NCBI GenBank assembly: GCA_016928025.1
Contig: JAFGLN010000047.1
Coordinates: 32,335 to 96,334, forward strand
From: Deltaproteobacteria bacterium
Lineage (GTDB): Bacteria > Desulfobacterota > Syntrophia > Syntrophales > JAFGHS01
Direction of reading: 5' to 3'
DNA: 64,000 nt
Shown here: positions 16,776-26,402 of the stretch, in pieces
Layout: each line of letters begins with the position of its first letter
Numbering within the stretch: position 1 is the stretch's first letter
Position numbers and translations under genes: made by a program
Notes under the pieces: model-generated
The model's database searches: none
Seen by the model: only the letters and a program-made list of their open reading frames with translations
Told to the model about the DNA's origin: nothing

Positions 16776-18073
16776 TATTTCAACGATCGAAACATTGCAT
16801 CATTGAAATCGACGGAGAAACGTTCAGTCTTTCCGGTAAAAGACTCGAACCGATCTCGGCCTTCAGTGAAACCCGTCAGGATACCTATTTTGTCTCCGAT
16901 TTCCAGGGTACGGCCATTTCACGAACGGCCACGATCGATTCACCGGTCAAATATATCGAAGTCATGGTTCGAAAAAATCTGCAGGAATCCGGAGAATTCG
17001 ATGAGCCGCTCTCCATTATCACACACTGGAAAAAGAAGAAGGGCCGCAACTTAAGCGACATCCTATTCACGGCGCTTCCGACTCGAATCCTTTATCAGTA
17101 TCTGGAGCGATTCAAAGAATTCCAGGACACGGTCATTCTGTTTTCCCCTTACACGGTGCTTTTTTCCATCTTGAAAAAGATGCGGCTTCGGGAGCCTGTC
17201 GCGATCATCTTTCAGCACAGCCGGTTTGCCGATGTGCTCATCGGTACGCAGGAGAAAGTGCACTATGCCAATCGCTGCGTCGCCTTCGATGATACGGACG
17301 AACAGATCGATGTTCTCTGGAACACGGTAAGAGCGGATATCGAAGCAGCCAAGACGGACTACGGAATAAATGTAAAAAAAGCCCTCAAGCTCCTGTGGAT
17401 CGGCAGCAAAGCCCCCCCGGTGTGGGCCGAGGATATCAAGGACGATGCCCACCCTTTTCCGGATGCGGATTTCATCTTTTCCGACGGCAATCGCTACTAT
17501 CTCCCTTTCCTCGCCGCCGTCAATGCCGTGCCCGCGTCCGGCGGCCTTTCTTCAAGCCGTGAAAAGGCTATGTACTATACCGCCCGCTATGCCCCGCTAT
17601 GCAACGCCCTCTTACTGCTTGGGGCCCTGGTATTCATCACCGGCATTGTCTTCTATTCTTATAAAAATACCATGTTACGCCAAGAAACGGCCTCTGTGGA
17701 AAAAACGGTCCGGTCGGCGTTAGGGTCTCTCTCGGAAAAAACGCCGGAAATATCCTACGAAGAGTCCCTATCACTGGTAAAGGACCTGTCGTATAGCCGA
17801 AAAGTGCCGTCCTACAAAGAGGCCATTAACGACCTTTCCGCCGCGCTTTCCGAAGGCATGAAAATAGCAAATCTTAGGATCGACTATACCAAAGAGGGGG
17901 TCATCTTAGAGGTTTCGGGAAGGGCGGACATGTCATTCAAAAAAGCGTATGTGGGATATCATGCCTTTGAAAATTACCTGCAGAACCGGGGATATGTCGT
18001 TGAGGAAAGCAAATTCAGCACGGAAATCAGTTCGTCTCTGTTCTTTTTGAAATTACGGAAAAAGATCCTATGA
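16772..18073 (+). CDS. pilus alignment-complex protein (PilM/PilN- or GspL-like)
   Basis: Large N-terminal soluble domain, single TM, coiled coil and C-terminal alpha/beta domain; operon context. Confidence 0.55.
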   Translation: MIFQRSKHCIIEIDGETFSLSGKRLEPISAFSETRQDTYFVSDFQGTAISRTATIDSPVKYIEVMVRKNLQESGEFDEPLSIITHWKKKKGRNLSDILFTALPTRILYQYLERFKEFQDTVILFSPYTVLFSILKKMRLREPVAIIFQHSRFADVLIGTQEKVHYANRCVAFDDTDEQIDVLWNTVRADIEAAKTDYGINVKKALKLLWIGSKAPPVWAEDIKDDAHPFPDADFIFSDGNRYYLPFLAAVNAVPASGGLSSSREKAMYYTARYAPLCNALLLLGALVFITGIVFYSYKNTMLRQETASVEKTVRSALGSLSEKTPEISYEESLSLVKDLSYSRKVPSYKEAINDLSAALSEGMKIANLRIDYTKEGVILEVSGRADMSFKKAYVGYHAFENYLQNRGYVVEESKFSTEISSSLFFLKLRKKIL

Positions 18074-18597
18074 AAAGAAAATATTCAGGACTGCTGACGG
18101 TTATCATAGCCTTTTCCGCCTTTTTGTTGGCTGCAGTATATGGTATCTGGACATCGGGAACAAAGATACCGGAAATACAAATGACTGAAAAGATAGCGCC
18201 GCGGCCGGCCATCGCCGTGCCGCCCGTATCGGTCGTCACCGAAATGGACAACCTTGAGGAGGAAATGGAGGCGATGATAAAATTGGAAAACGGGGACACA
18301 TCCGAGGTGGATTTGAGGCTCTTCGGCTACCAACCGGTCAAAACGGCGGAACCTGTTCTGAGAACGGAGGCGGGTAAAATGATTTCAAAAAATTATTTCC
18401 TGAGTCTTGCCTTTGTCGCGGAAAAAAAACGGTTCTGTATCATCGACGACGTCTTTTATGAGGAAGGCGGCCGGCTCCCTGACGGTTCGGCCATTGTTAA
18501 AGTTGAGCCTCAGCGGGTTATGATCAAAAGCCGCAACATGACGCATTGGATCCCTTTGGCGGAAAAAGAAGTCACGGCACAAAAGGAAGGAAAATGA
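18070..18597 (+). CDS. MshK/PilP/GspC-like membrane-anchored protein
   Basis: N-terminal TM; C-terminal FCIIDDVFYEEGGRLPDGSAIVKVEPQRVMIK beta domain; precedes the secretin. Confidence 0.6.
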   Translation: MKRKYSGLLTVIIAFSAFLLAAVYGIWTSGTKIPEIQMTEKIAPRPAIAVPPVSVVTEMDNLEEEMEAMIKLENGDTSEVDLRLFGYQPVKTAEPVLRTEAGKMISKNYFLSLAFVAEKKRFCIIDDVFYEEGGRLPDGSAIVKVEPQRVMIKSRNMTHWIPLAEKEVTAQKEGK

Positions 18598-20102
18598 AAA
18601 GATTTCTCCGGCTCGGCATCATAGTCGCTGCTCTCTTTTTGGGAGGATGCACGTTCGGCCCCTATTCGGTAAGAGATCCCAAACCGCCGTCCCCCGATAT
18701 CGACCCGGCAAGGATTGTCGGTGAATCGGAAGCCCTTACGGCCATTCAAAATAGACTGGCCGCGTCCCTGGAGAAACCGGGTTCCCGCAAAATCGACGTC
18801 GAACCCATCATGCCCGCTTATGATCCGCTGGAAGATCATCTCGTTTCTTTTTCGGTTGTCGATGAAGATCTCCCAACGGTCCTGTTTTCAATGGCGCGGG
18901 CTGTCGGCATGAATCTGATCATCAATCCGAAAATTAATGACGAGACGAAGAAGGTGACGATGAACTTCGAAAAGGTCTCGGCGGCAACGGTGCTGAAGGA
19001 AATACTGAATAATTTCGATCTGTACTACGAAACAACGGACAATATCATCCGTATCCGCCCCTATGAAGAAAGGACATTTCGGCTGAACTTCCTGGATACC
19101 AACCTCGATACGAGTTTTGACATCGGCGGCGACGTCCTCGGCGCGGGCAATGTTGAGACGGCCAGCGGATTAACGGGAAATTTCAGATTGTCGGGAAAAG
19201 GGGCAAAGAAACCGAATCCTTACGACGTTATAGACGAGATGGTCAAGCGGTTGATTTCTCCCAAAGGCGGCATGTATTCCTTGAACCGGTTATCCGGAAG
19301 CCTGTACGTCAAAGATACACCGGCCGTGATCAGATCGATCGCCACCTTGATCAACCAGTTTAAGGAGCGGATGTCCAGACAGATTCTCATCGAGGCCAGG
19401 ATCATTGAAGTGGAGCTATCCGACGGTTATCAGTACGGAATTGACTGGAACATATTGCGCAACGATCTCAAAAGGACATCCATGTTGGACAGTGCCGCCT
19501 GGTCGAAAAGCGGCCTGGTTTTGAGCGGTGTTACCGGAGCGTTCACATCGAATGCCACGATCAATTCCCTCAATACCTTCGGCAAGGTCAAGGTCGTCTC
19601 CAATCCGACCATCCGCACCAAGCATGCCCAACCGGCCATCATCAGCGTCGGCACCTCCATTACCTATAAAGAAAAGGTCAAGACGACCCGTTACACGGAC
19701 AGCAGCGATTCGGACAGCGATACCACCGAAGTGGATGTTTCCACTGTCTTTGACGGCCTCATCCTCGGTGTTATTCCCTTCATCGAACAGGACGGCAAGA
19801 TCACTCTCCTGATCAATCCCATCAAAAGCGATGTCGACAAGGACAGCCTCGAAACGCAGAGTGTGGGAAACCAGGACATCTCCCTGCCCAAGGTCAATAT
19901 CAAGGAAATCAGCACGACGATCGGACTGAATGACGGCGATATCATTATTCTCGGCGGTCTGATCGACAAGGAAAAGACCAAATCGAACGCAGGCGTCCCC
20001 GGTCTGTCGGCGATCCCGATTCTGGGATACCTTTTTAAATATGAAACCATGTCGTATGAAACCCGGGAGCTTGTCATTATTCTCCATGTTTCTATCCTAT
20101 AA
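18594..20102 (+). CDS. mshL: outer-membrane secretin, MshL-type lipoprotein
   Basis: Lipobox LGGC; QILIEARIIEVELSDGYQYGIDW, ILGGLI, GVPGLSAIPILGYLFK, ELVIIL. Confidence 0.88.
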   Translation: MKRFLRLGIIVAALFLGGCTFGPYSVRDPKPPSPDIDPARIVGESEALTAIQNRLAASLEKPGSRKIDVEPIMPAYDPLEDHLVSFSVVDEDLPTVLFSMARAVGMNLIINPKINDETKKVTMNFEKVSAATVLKEILNNFDLYYETTDNIIRIRPYEERTFRLNFLDTNLDTSFDIGGDVLGAGNVETASGLTGNFRLSGKGAKKPNPYDVIDEMVKRLISPKGGMYSLNRLSGSLYVKDTPAVIRSIATLINQFKERMSRQILIEARIIEVELSDGYQYGIDWNILRNDLKRTSMLDSAAWSKSGLVLSGVTGAFTSNATINSLNTFGKVKVVSNPTIRTKHAQPAIISVGTSITYKEKVKTTRYTDSSDSDSDTTEVDVSTVFDGLILGVIPFIEQDGKITLLINPIKSDVDKDSLETQSVGNQDISLPKVNIKEISTTIGLNDGDIIILGGLIDKEKTKSNAGVPGLSAIPILGYLFKYETMSYETRELVIILHVSIL

Positions 20103-20119
20103 GAAGATAAAACGTTATT

Positions 20120-21169
20120 ATGAGCGTCATCTTTAAAACCCTCAAAAAATTAAAAGCCCAGTCGTCCGAGAAAATCACGGACGCCGAAAGGCAAAAGCTG
20201 AAAAAAAAGACCTCGTACGTCCGGAAAATTTTCACTTCCTCGCGGACCATCATCTTTCTGATCGTTTTTATTCTTTTGTCCGGTCTGATCAGTGTTCATC
20301 TCGTCAACGTAATCAAGGGCAAAAGGGAACCGTTACGACAAAAGCAGCCATATGTCGCCAGCAACCTGGAGGGAAAAAACAACGAAGCCCTCGATGAAAC
20401 AAAAGGGATAGAAGAAACAGATTCATCGATCCCTCCCGCTCCGCAAAATATCCCCGCTGAGAAGCCGGAAGTCGGGAAGCTCTATCTGCCGCCTAAAGCG
20501 GAAACACCGGCCGCGAAGACCGACGCATCCCCTACGATGGCCGTGTCATCACCGTCGGTAAAGTTTCTCAAGTCCGCTCTCTCTGAAGAAACCCCAAAGG
20601 TCACATTGCCTGAGCGGGCAGCCGCGGCAGGGCAAAAAACCGAAACGTTGGAACGCGGTAAACCCGCACGATACTTACCCCCCGAAAGAGCGCAAACCCA
20701 TAAAAATCCGCTTCCGCCGGCACTCCCCCCATCGCCGGCAATACCGGAAGATCAAACCGTTGGGTCAAAGGCGGAATCTCCGGATATGCATTTGCAAATA
20801 CTCCAAGTTCAGAAAAACAGAGACATCAAAAACATCATTGGGGAAATCAAAGACAACTTCAAGATACGCAATGACCCAAAGACGGAAATGCTCATCGATC
20901 AGCTGGCATCGCTTAAAGGCAAGAACGATCCGTATGTCTTGAAACTGAAATCGTTTTACCTGATCAATCAGGGGAATTATGAAGCAGCGGAATCCCTGCT
21001 CAGTGCCATATTGAAAAAAGACAAAGACGACCTTGAGGCAGGCATTAATATGGCCATTCTCGAAATAAAAACGGGGCAGGTTCGGGAAGCAAAAATTCGA
21101 CTTTACCGGTTGCGGGATATACACCCCCAAGACACGCTGATACCGGATCTGATCAACAAAATTGAATAA
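20120..21169 (+). CDS. MshN/GspB-like membrane-anchored protein with C-terminal TPR
   Basis: MSVIFKTLKKL N-terminus, TM, Pro-rich linker, TPR-like helices. Confidence 0.6.
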   Translation: MSVIFKTLKKLKAQSSEKITDAERQKLKKKTSYVRKIFTSSRTIIFLIVFILLSGLISVHLVNVIKGKREPLRQKQPYVASNLEGKNNEALDETKGIEETDSSIPPAPQNIPAEKPEVGKLYLPPKAETPAAKTDASPTMAVSSPSVKFLKSALSEETPKVTLPERAAAAGQKTETLERGKPARYLPPERAQTHKNPLPPALPPSPAIPEDQTVGSKAESPDMHLQILQVQKNRDIKNIIGEIKDNFKIRNDPKTEMLIDQLASLKGKNDPYVLKLKSFYLINQGNYEAAESLLSAILKKDKDDLEAGINMAILEIKTGQVREAKIRLYRLRDIHPQDTLIPDLINKIE

Positions 21170-21666
21170 TGATTTTATCGGGGAAAAATGTCGACAAGTT
21201 CATATCGACACTGATATATGTAGGGCTGCTTGGTCTGGTGATGTGGGGCGGGAATCGTGTTGTAAATTATGCCCTGGAATCCAGGTTTCAGAAAGATTTT
21301 CTTCTGAAGTGGACTGTGGCGGTCATGTCCTATTCGGTTGAACGAGGGCAGTGGCCGCAGTTTACCGGAAGCAATCATATCCAATATATGGATAACCTCG
21401 TGACGGCCATGACGATGAGTCATGTAAATGTCCCGGCATCGAATACCAAACGCCCCTATATATACAAACTGAAAAAAATCGGCTCTCCGGAAGAGAAAAT
21501 TTTTGTTCTGTGCTTTTCAGACCGGTTGATTCTCTATGGCCTATCGGAAAAGACGTTTAAGAGAATCGATACATGGATCGATGGAAAATTCGATGAAAAG
21601 TGCGGCAAGTTCAGGGGTCGTCCCAGTGCGGATGGGAAGACGTTTATCGGTCTGTGGCGGCTGTAA
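21169..21666 (+). CDS. pilin-like protein lacking a canonical prepilin cleavage motif
   Basis: Aligns by eye with the body of pilin 15655 (IDTWIDGKFDEKCGKF vs IDRMVDGEANGTTGDF). Confidence 0.6.
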   Translation: MILSGKNVDKFISTLIYVGLLGLVMWGGNRVVNYALESRFQKDFLLKWTVAVMSYSVERGQWPQFTGSNHIQYMDNLVTAMTMSHVNVPASNTKRPYIYKLKKIGSPEEKIFVLCFSDRLILYGLSEKTFKRIDTWIDGKFDEKCGKFRGRPSADGKTFIGLWRL

Positions 21667-21706
21667 CCAAGCACCGTAATCCGATCATTTTAACGGGGTC
21701 CTTACC

Positions 21707-23353
21707 ATGGATGATAAAACTCTATATCTCGATTATTTCGGCTTATCCTATAATCCCTTTCCCGTCGTTCCGGATTTTGAAAAATTATTTCTCTCCGATC
21801 ATATCGATATGATGATCTCGGAACTGGTACACGGCATCCAGGCCAGAAAGGGCTTTATGGTTGTCGCTGGCGAAATCGGTCTGGGAAAGACGACCCTCAG
21901 CCGAAAGATCGTCAGCATTCTTGAAGAGCAAAACATTGAAACCTCTCTCATCTTTCATACGATCTATCAGAATCCTGAACTGCTGCAGGAAATCATCAGA
22001 GATTTCGGTTTAAAGTCCGACAGCCTGCAATTGTCCGATCTGATGCAGCTCTTAAATCAATTTCTGATCGACCAAACAAAACAGGGGAAAAATTGCGTCA
22101 TTATCATCGATGACGCCCAGAACCTCAGCATCAAAAACCTCGAACTGATCCGGATGATTTCCAATCTGGAAACCAACGAGCAAAAGCTCGTGCAAATCCT
22201 GCTGGTCGGTCAGCCCGAGTTGTTGAACAAACTGGATTCGCCGAAACTCCGCCAGTTGAAGAGCCGCATCATCATTATGGAAGAAGCCCACCCCCTGACT
22301 CGCGAAGAATTAAAAAATTATATCCTTTTCAAACTCAATACCGCCGGAAATCAGGGAAAGATTGTCGTCACAAACGGGGCCTACAAAAAAATTTACCGAT
22401 ACACCGGAGGGAACTTCCGAAAAATCAATGTGCTGATGGACCGGTGTCTCTATGTCGCGTTTCTTCATAACACGACCCATCTTGACAAGTCCGTTGTTGA
22501 TCTGGCCATTAAAGACCTCCATTCCGCCGAGTGGAAAGGCGGCCGGCCGTTTGTTCGTTACGCCGTGTCTTTGGCTGTTCTGATGATTCTCATCATCACC
22601 GGCGGTGTCCTTTACCCCGATTTCATTTCCAATCTCTTCAATCAAAAAGCTGAAACCGTCGCCTCCGGCAAAGCCATCACGAACATCGATCCGTCTGAGA
22701 AAGACGGTGGTTCTGCCACCCAACGGCTGTCATCTTCCGCGGCCCGGGAAAGAGACGCAGCCACCGATTCGGTCCCGTTAAAAAAAAGGCCTGGGGAAAG
22801 CCCGACCTCAACCTTGACGACGGAGGAACAAGCCGCTGAAACGATTTCCGTTCATCAACCGTCCCCCCAAAAACCGGGCACCGAATCTCCGGCCGTACCG
22901 GGGGCTCTGTCCGAATTTTTAACGTATTACCACCTGTCCGCCTATGAAGTTGCCTTTTATCAAGCCATGAAAAAAAATCGCTTCAAGGATATTACGGATA
23001 AAATTTACGAGGAAACACAGTATCAACTGATCCTGCTCGACCGATTGCCGACGAAGATCAAAGACAACTACGCCGTCCTTAATTTTATTTCTTCCATCTC
23101 GAAAAAGGAAATTTTTTGTCTCTTCTGGAAGCCGAGCATCAAAATCACCAAATTTTATCCGTCCTATCGGGGAAAAGAAATTCGGGAGTTAGAAGAACTC
23201 CTGATTGCCCGTAATCACTATATGTATGATCCTGACGAGACGGTCGGTGTCCACCTGATGAAGGCAGTGAGCAGTTTTCAGAAAGCACACGGCCTGGAGA
23301 TCACCGGCCATCCCGACCCGGAAACCCTGTTTCTGCTCTGTCAGGGAGGATAG
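21707..23353 (+). CDS. ExeA/MshM-family AAA ATPase with TM and C-terminal peptidoglycan-binding domain
   Basis: YLDYFGLSYNPF, GEIGLGKTT, IIIDDAQNL, LVGQPEL; AVSSFQKAHGLEITGHPDPET PG-binding motif. Confidence 0.88.
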   Translation: MDDKTLYLDYFGLSYNPFPVVPDFEKLFLSDHIDMMISELVHGIQARKGFMVVAGEIGLGKTTLSRKIVSILEEQNIETSLIFHTIYQNPELLQEIIRDFGLKSDSLQLSDLMQLLNQFLIDQTKQGKNCVIIIDDAQNLSIKNLELIRMISNLETNEQKLVQILLVGQPELLNKLDSPKLRQLKSRIIIMEEAHPLTREELKNYILFKLNTAGNQGKIVVTNGAYKKIYRYTGGNFRKINVLMDRCLYVAFLHNTTHLDKSVVDLAIKDLHSAEWKGGRPFVRYAVSLAVLMILIITGGVLYPDFISNLFNQKAETVASGKAITNIDPSEKDGGSATQRLSSSAARERDAATDSVPLKKRPGESPTSTLTTEEQAAETISVHQPSPQKPGTESPAVPGALSEFLTYYHLSAYEVAFYQAMKKNRFKDITDKIYEETQYQLILLDRLPTKIKDNYAVLNFISSISKKEIFCLFWKPSIKITKFYPSYRGKEIRELEELLIARNHYMYDPDETVGVHLMKAVSSFQKAHGLEITGHPDPETLFLLCQGG

Positions 23354-23362
23354 CAAGCCGTC

Positions 23363-25021
23363 ATGACCACACCGGAAGCCAAGAAACCCATCGGAGCGCT
23401 ACTTAAAGAAAAGGGGCTGATCACAGAGGAACACATCCAGTTTGCCCTCAAAAATCAGAAAATCAGCGGTGAACGATTGGGCGAAATTTTAGAGCACCTC
23501 TGCTTTGTAACCCAGTATGATGTGGCCGTATCCCTGTCGGAACAGGAAAATATTCCCTATATCGATGTAGATGCCGTCCTGCCGGAAAAGAACGTCCTGA
23601 GACTATTCAACAAAAATCTTTGTTTGAACAATCAGTTTCTGCCGCTCCGGATTGAGAACAAGACCATGGAGGTGGCGACGCCGGCGGTGACGAATGAGAA
23701 AGTGGGGCAACTCATTTCCCGGCAAACGGGCTTTCAGCCGAAATTTTTCATCTCGGAATCGGGAAAGATCATCAACGCCATTAACAAGTCCTATTATTTC
23801 ATCGACAACCCCGTTGAAAAACTGGTGGAAACGGAGGTCAACCTCCTGTCCCACGATCCGGAAATGGCGCGGGGAATGGATAATCTTATCAAACACATCC
23901 TGCATCTGGCCGTAAAAATGCGGGCAACGGACATTCATATCAGACCGATGGAGAAGTCTATTAATATTGCCCTGCGGGTCGACGGCGTGATGACATCCGC
24001 TTTGGCACTACCGCTCCCGTTTCGGCGGATGATCGCCAGCATCAAGATGAAGGCCGACATGGATATCGCCGAGCAGAGGATGCCCCAGGACGGGCGTTTT
24101 TCCGCCAATATCCTCAATAACGATTATGATTTCAGAGCATCCACCATCGTATCTCCGTACGGCGAAAACATCGTTCTGAGAATTTTGCCGATGCAGGCGG
24201 CCCTGATGGGCATGACCCAGCTCGGATTCTTTGAAGAGGATATCGAACGGGTGGAAAATATTTTTCAGGAACCCTTCGGCATCATACTCCTGACAGGGCC
24301 GACCGGATCGGGCAAGTCCACCACCCTGTATGCAGGCATCAGACGGCTCGATCTCTTGCGGAAAAACGTTCTCACCGTGGAAGATCCCATTGAATTCAGC
24401 ATCCCCCTGCTCCGACAGACCCAGGTCAACGAAAAGGCCGGATACACCTTTGCCAATGCCATTCGCTATTTTTTGCGGCACGATCCTGATGTGATCCTGG
24501 TTGGTGAAATTCGCGATGTGGATACGGCGGCCACGGCGATCACAGCATCGACCACGGGGCACCTGGTTTTATCCACTCTTCATACGAACAGCGCCATCGG
24601 GGCGATTCCCCGTTTGCGGGATCTGCAAATACGACCCTTTCTGATTGCCGACTCTTTAAGGGGTGTGATCAGCCAGCGGCTGGTGCGGAAAATCTGCAAC
24701 GGATGCAGGGAGGCCTACCGGCCGGAAGAGTGGGAACGGGCCTATTTGCGGGACCCTTCCATAGAGACACTGCATCGGGGCAGAGGCTGTGAAATCTGCA
24801 ACGGCTCCGGCTATTTCGGCCGCACCCTCGTGTATGAACTGCTGGTCATCAATAAAAACATCTCCCGTTTAATCGAAAAAGAGGCCGAAGTTTCCGATAT
24901 CATCAGCCAGGCAAGAGCAGACAATGAGTATGTCGACATTTTTCACACGACCGCAGCGAAGGTCAAGGAAGGCATCACGACGGTCGAAGAAGCGATTCGC
25001 GTTCTCGGTCATTTAACCTGA
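23363..25021 (+). CDS. GspE/PilB/MshE assembly ATPase with MshEN-like N-domain
   Basis: PQDGRF, GPTGSGKST, TVEDPIE, ILVGEIRD, STLHTN, CxxC...CxxC. Confidence 0.95.
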   Translation: MTTPEAKKPIGALLKEKGLITEEHIQFALKNQKISGERLGEILEHLCFVTQYDVAVSLSEQENIPYIDVDAVLPEKNVLRLFNKNLCLNNQFLPLRIENKTMEVATPAVTNEKVGQLISRQTGFQPKFFISESGKIINAINKSYYFIDNPVEKLVETEVNLLSHDPEMARGMDNLIKHILHLAVKMRATDIHIRPMEKSINIALRVDGVMTSALALPLPFRRMIASIKMKADMDIAEQRMPQDGRFSANILNNDYDFRASTIVSPYGENIVLRILPMQAALMGMTQLGFFEEDIERVENIFQEPFGIILLTGPTGSGKSTTLYAGIRRLDLLRKNVLTVEDPIEFSIPLLRQTQVNEKAGYTFANAIRYFLRHDPDVILVGEIRDVDTAATAITASTTGHLVLSTLHTNSAIGAIPRLRDLQIRPFLIADSLRGVISQRLVRKICNGCREAYRPEEWERAYLRDPSIETLHRGRGCEICNGSGYFGRTLVYELLVINKNISRLIEKEAEVSDIISQARADNEYVDIFHTTAAKVKEGITTVEEAIRVLGHLT

Positions 25022-25056
25022 GGACCCCATAACGTAACACGATAAGGCAACAGGAT

Positions 25057-26292
25057 ATGGCCTATTTCAGATACAAAGTCATGGAGCCCACGGGAAAGAT
25101 CAAGTCCGGCGTCATCAATTTACCTTATAAGGATGAAACATCGGCTTCCTTCTATCTGGGACGGGATGACCGAACGATTGTTTCCATCAAGCAAATGGGC
25201 GCCACAGTTTCTTTTATCCTCGAAAAAATGAGCGTCATCGCCCGGAAAAAACCGTCACGGCCGATCCAGGCCGAATTTTTAAGCAACATTTCCATGATGT
25301 TAAAATCCGGGATGACCCTGACGACGGCCATGCAGGAAGCGGCGAGTGGCATCAATATCCCCGGCTTCGAGCAGGACATCAACGATATGATCCTGAGGAT
25401 TCAGGGAGGAGCAACCTTCTCCGACACCGTATCCCGTTACAGCGCCATATTTCCCTCCAATATCATTCACCTCATCCGCATGGGGGAAGAAACGGGCAAG
25501 CTCGATGAGATGTTGATGGATGCCTCGGAGCATCTCCAGAGAATCGAATCGATCATCAGTGATACGAAACAGGCCCTCCTGTACCCGGCATTCGTTTTTG
25601 TGACCATGGCCTTAGGGATGTTCTTCTGGTTTTACTATGTGGTACCGAAAATTATCACTCTTTTTCAGGACATGGATGTCGCCCTCCCGACGATTACCCT
25701 CTGTCTTTTAGCAATCTCCACGTTCCTGCAGAACAACATTTTACTTTTAGCCGTCGGCCTGATCGCCGTTTTGATCGTCGTTTTTGCCGCCTACCGAGGA
25801 AATCAAGGGGTCCGGTGGGGGATGGATGCGTTTTTTCTGAAACTCCCCGTTGCGGGAACAATCATTTCCGCGTCAAATCTCGCTTTTATCACGGAATACT
25901 TCAGTATTCTCCTCAATGCCGGCATCGATATCATTCAGACCATGCACATTCTGAAAGACTCCACCAAAAACGAAATCTACCGCCAAAAACTGGACGGAAT
26001 TATTGAGGGACTGCAGCGAAGTGAAAGCATATCGGAGGCCTTCAGGAACGCCGTCGTCTTTCCCTCATTTGTCGTCCGAATGATCAATGTCGGAGAATTG
26101 AGCGGTACGCTCGATATCCAGCTGAAAAATATTGCCGACAATTACCGCAACAAGCTTTCCCTGCTGGTGGCAACTCTTGGGAAAATGATCGAGCCGATTG
26201 TCCTGATCACCGCCGGGATTCTTTTCGCCATCATTATCGGCGGCCTCTTCCTCCCGATTTACGACCTCGTCGGCCAGGTCAGCGGGCGGTAG
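25057..26292 (+). CDS. GspF/PilC/MshG inner-membrane platform protein
   Basis: GEETGKLD, ALLYPAFV, GELSGTLD, IEPIVL motifs. Confidence 0.93.
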   Translation: MAYFRYKVMEPTGKIKSGVINLPYKDETSASFYLGRDDRTIVSIKQMGATVSFILEKMSVIARKKPSRPIQAEFLSNISMMLKSGMTLTTAMQEAASGINIPGFEQDINDMILRIQGGATFSDTVSRYSAIFPSNIIHLIRMGEETGKLDEMLMDASEHLQRIESIISDTKQALLYPAFVFVTMALGMFFWFYYVVPKIITLFQDMDVALPTITLCLLAISTFLQNNILLLAVGLIAVLIVVFAAYRGNQGVRWGMDAFFLKLPVAGTIISASNLAFITEYFSILLNAGIDIIQTMHILKDSTKNEIYRQKLDGIIEGLQRSESISEAFRNAVVFPSFVVRMINVGELSGTLDIQLKNIADNYRNKLSLLVATLGKMIEPIVLITAGILFAIIIGGLFLPIYDLVGQVSGR

Positions 26293-26402
26293 GCCCGGGC
26301 ATTTCCCTTTTAGGATTATGCCGTCCCGGTTAGTCCTCCCACACCAAACCCGTCTATTATTCCTGTTGACCGAAAGGCGGGACATAAGGTTCAAAACCGC
26401 GG

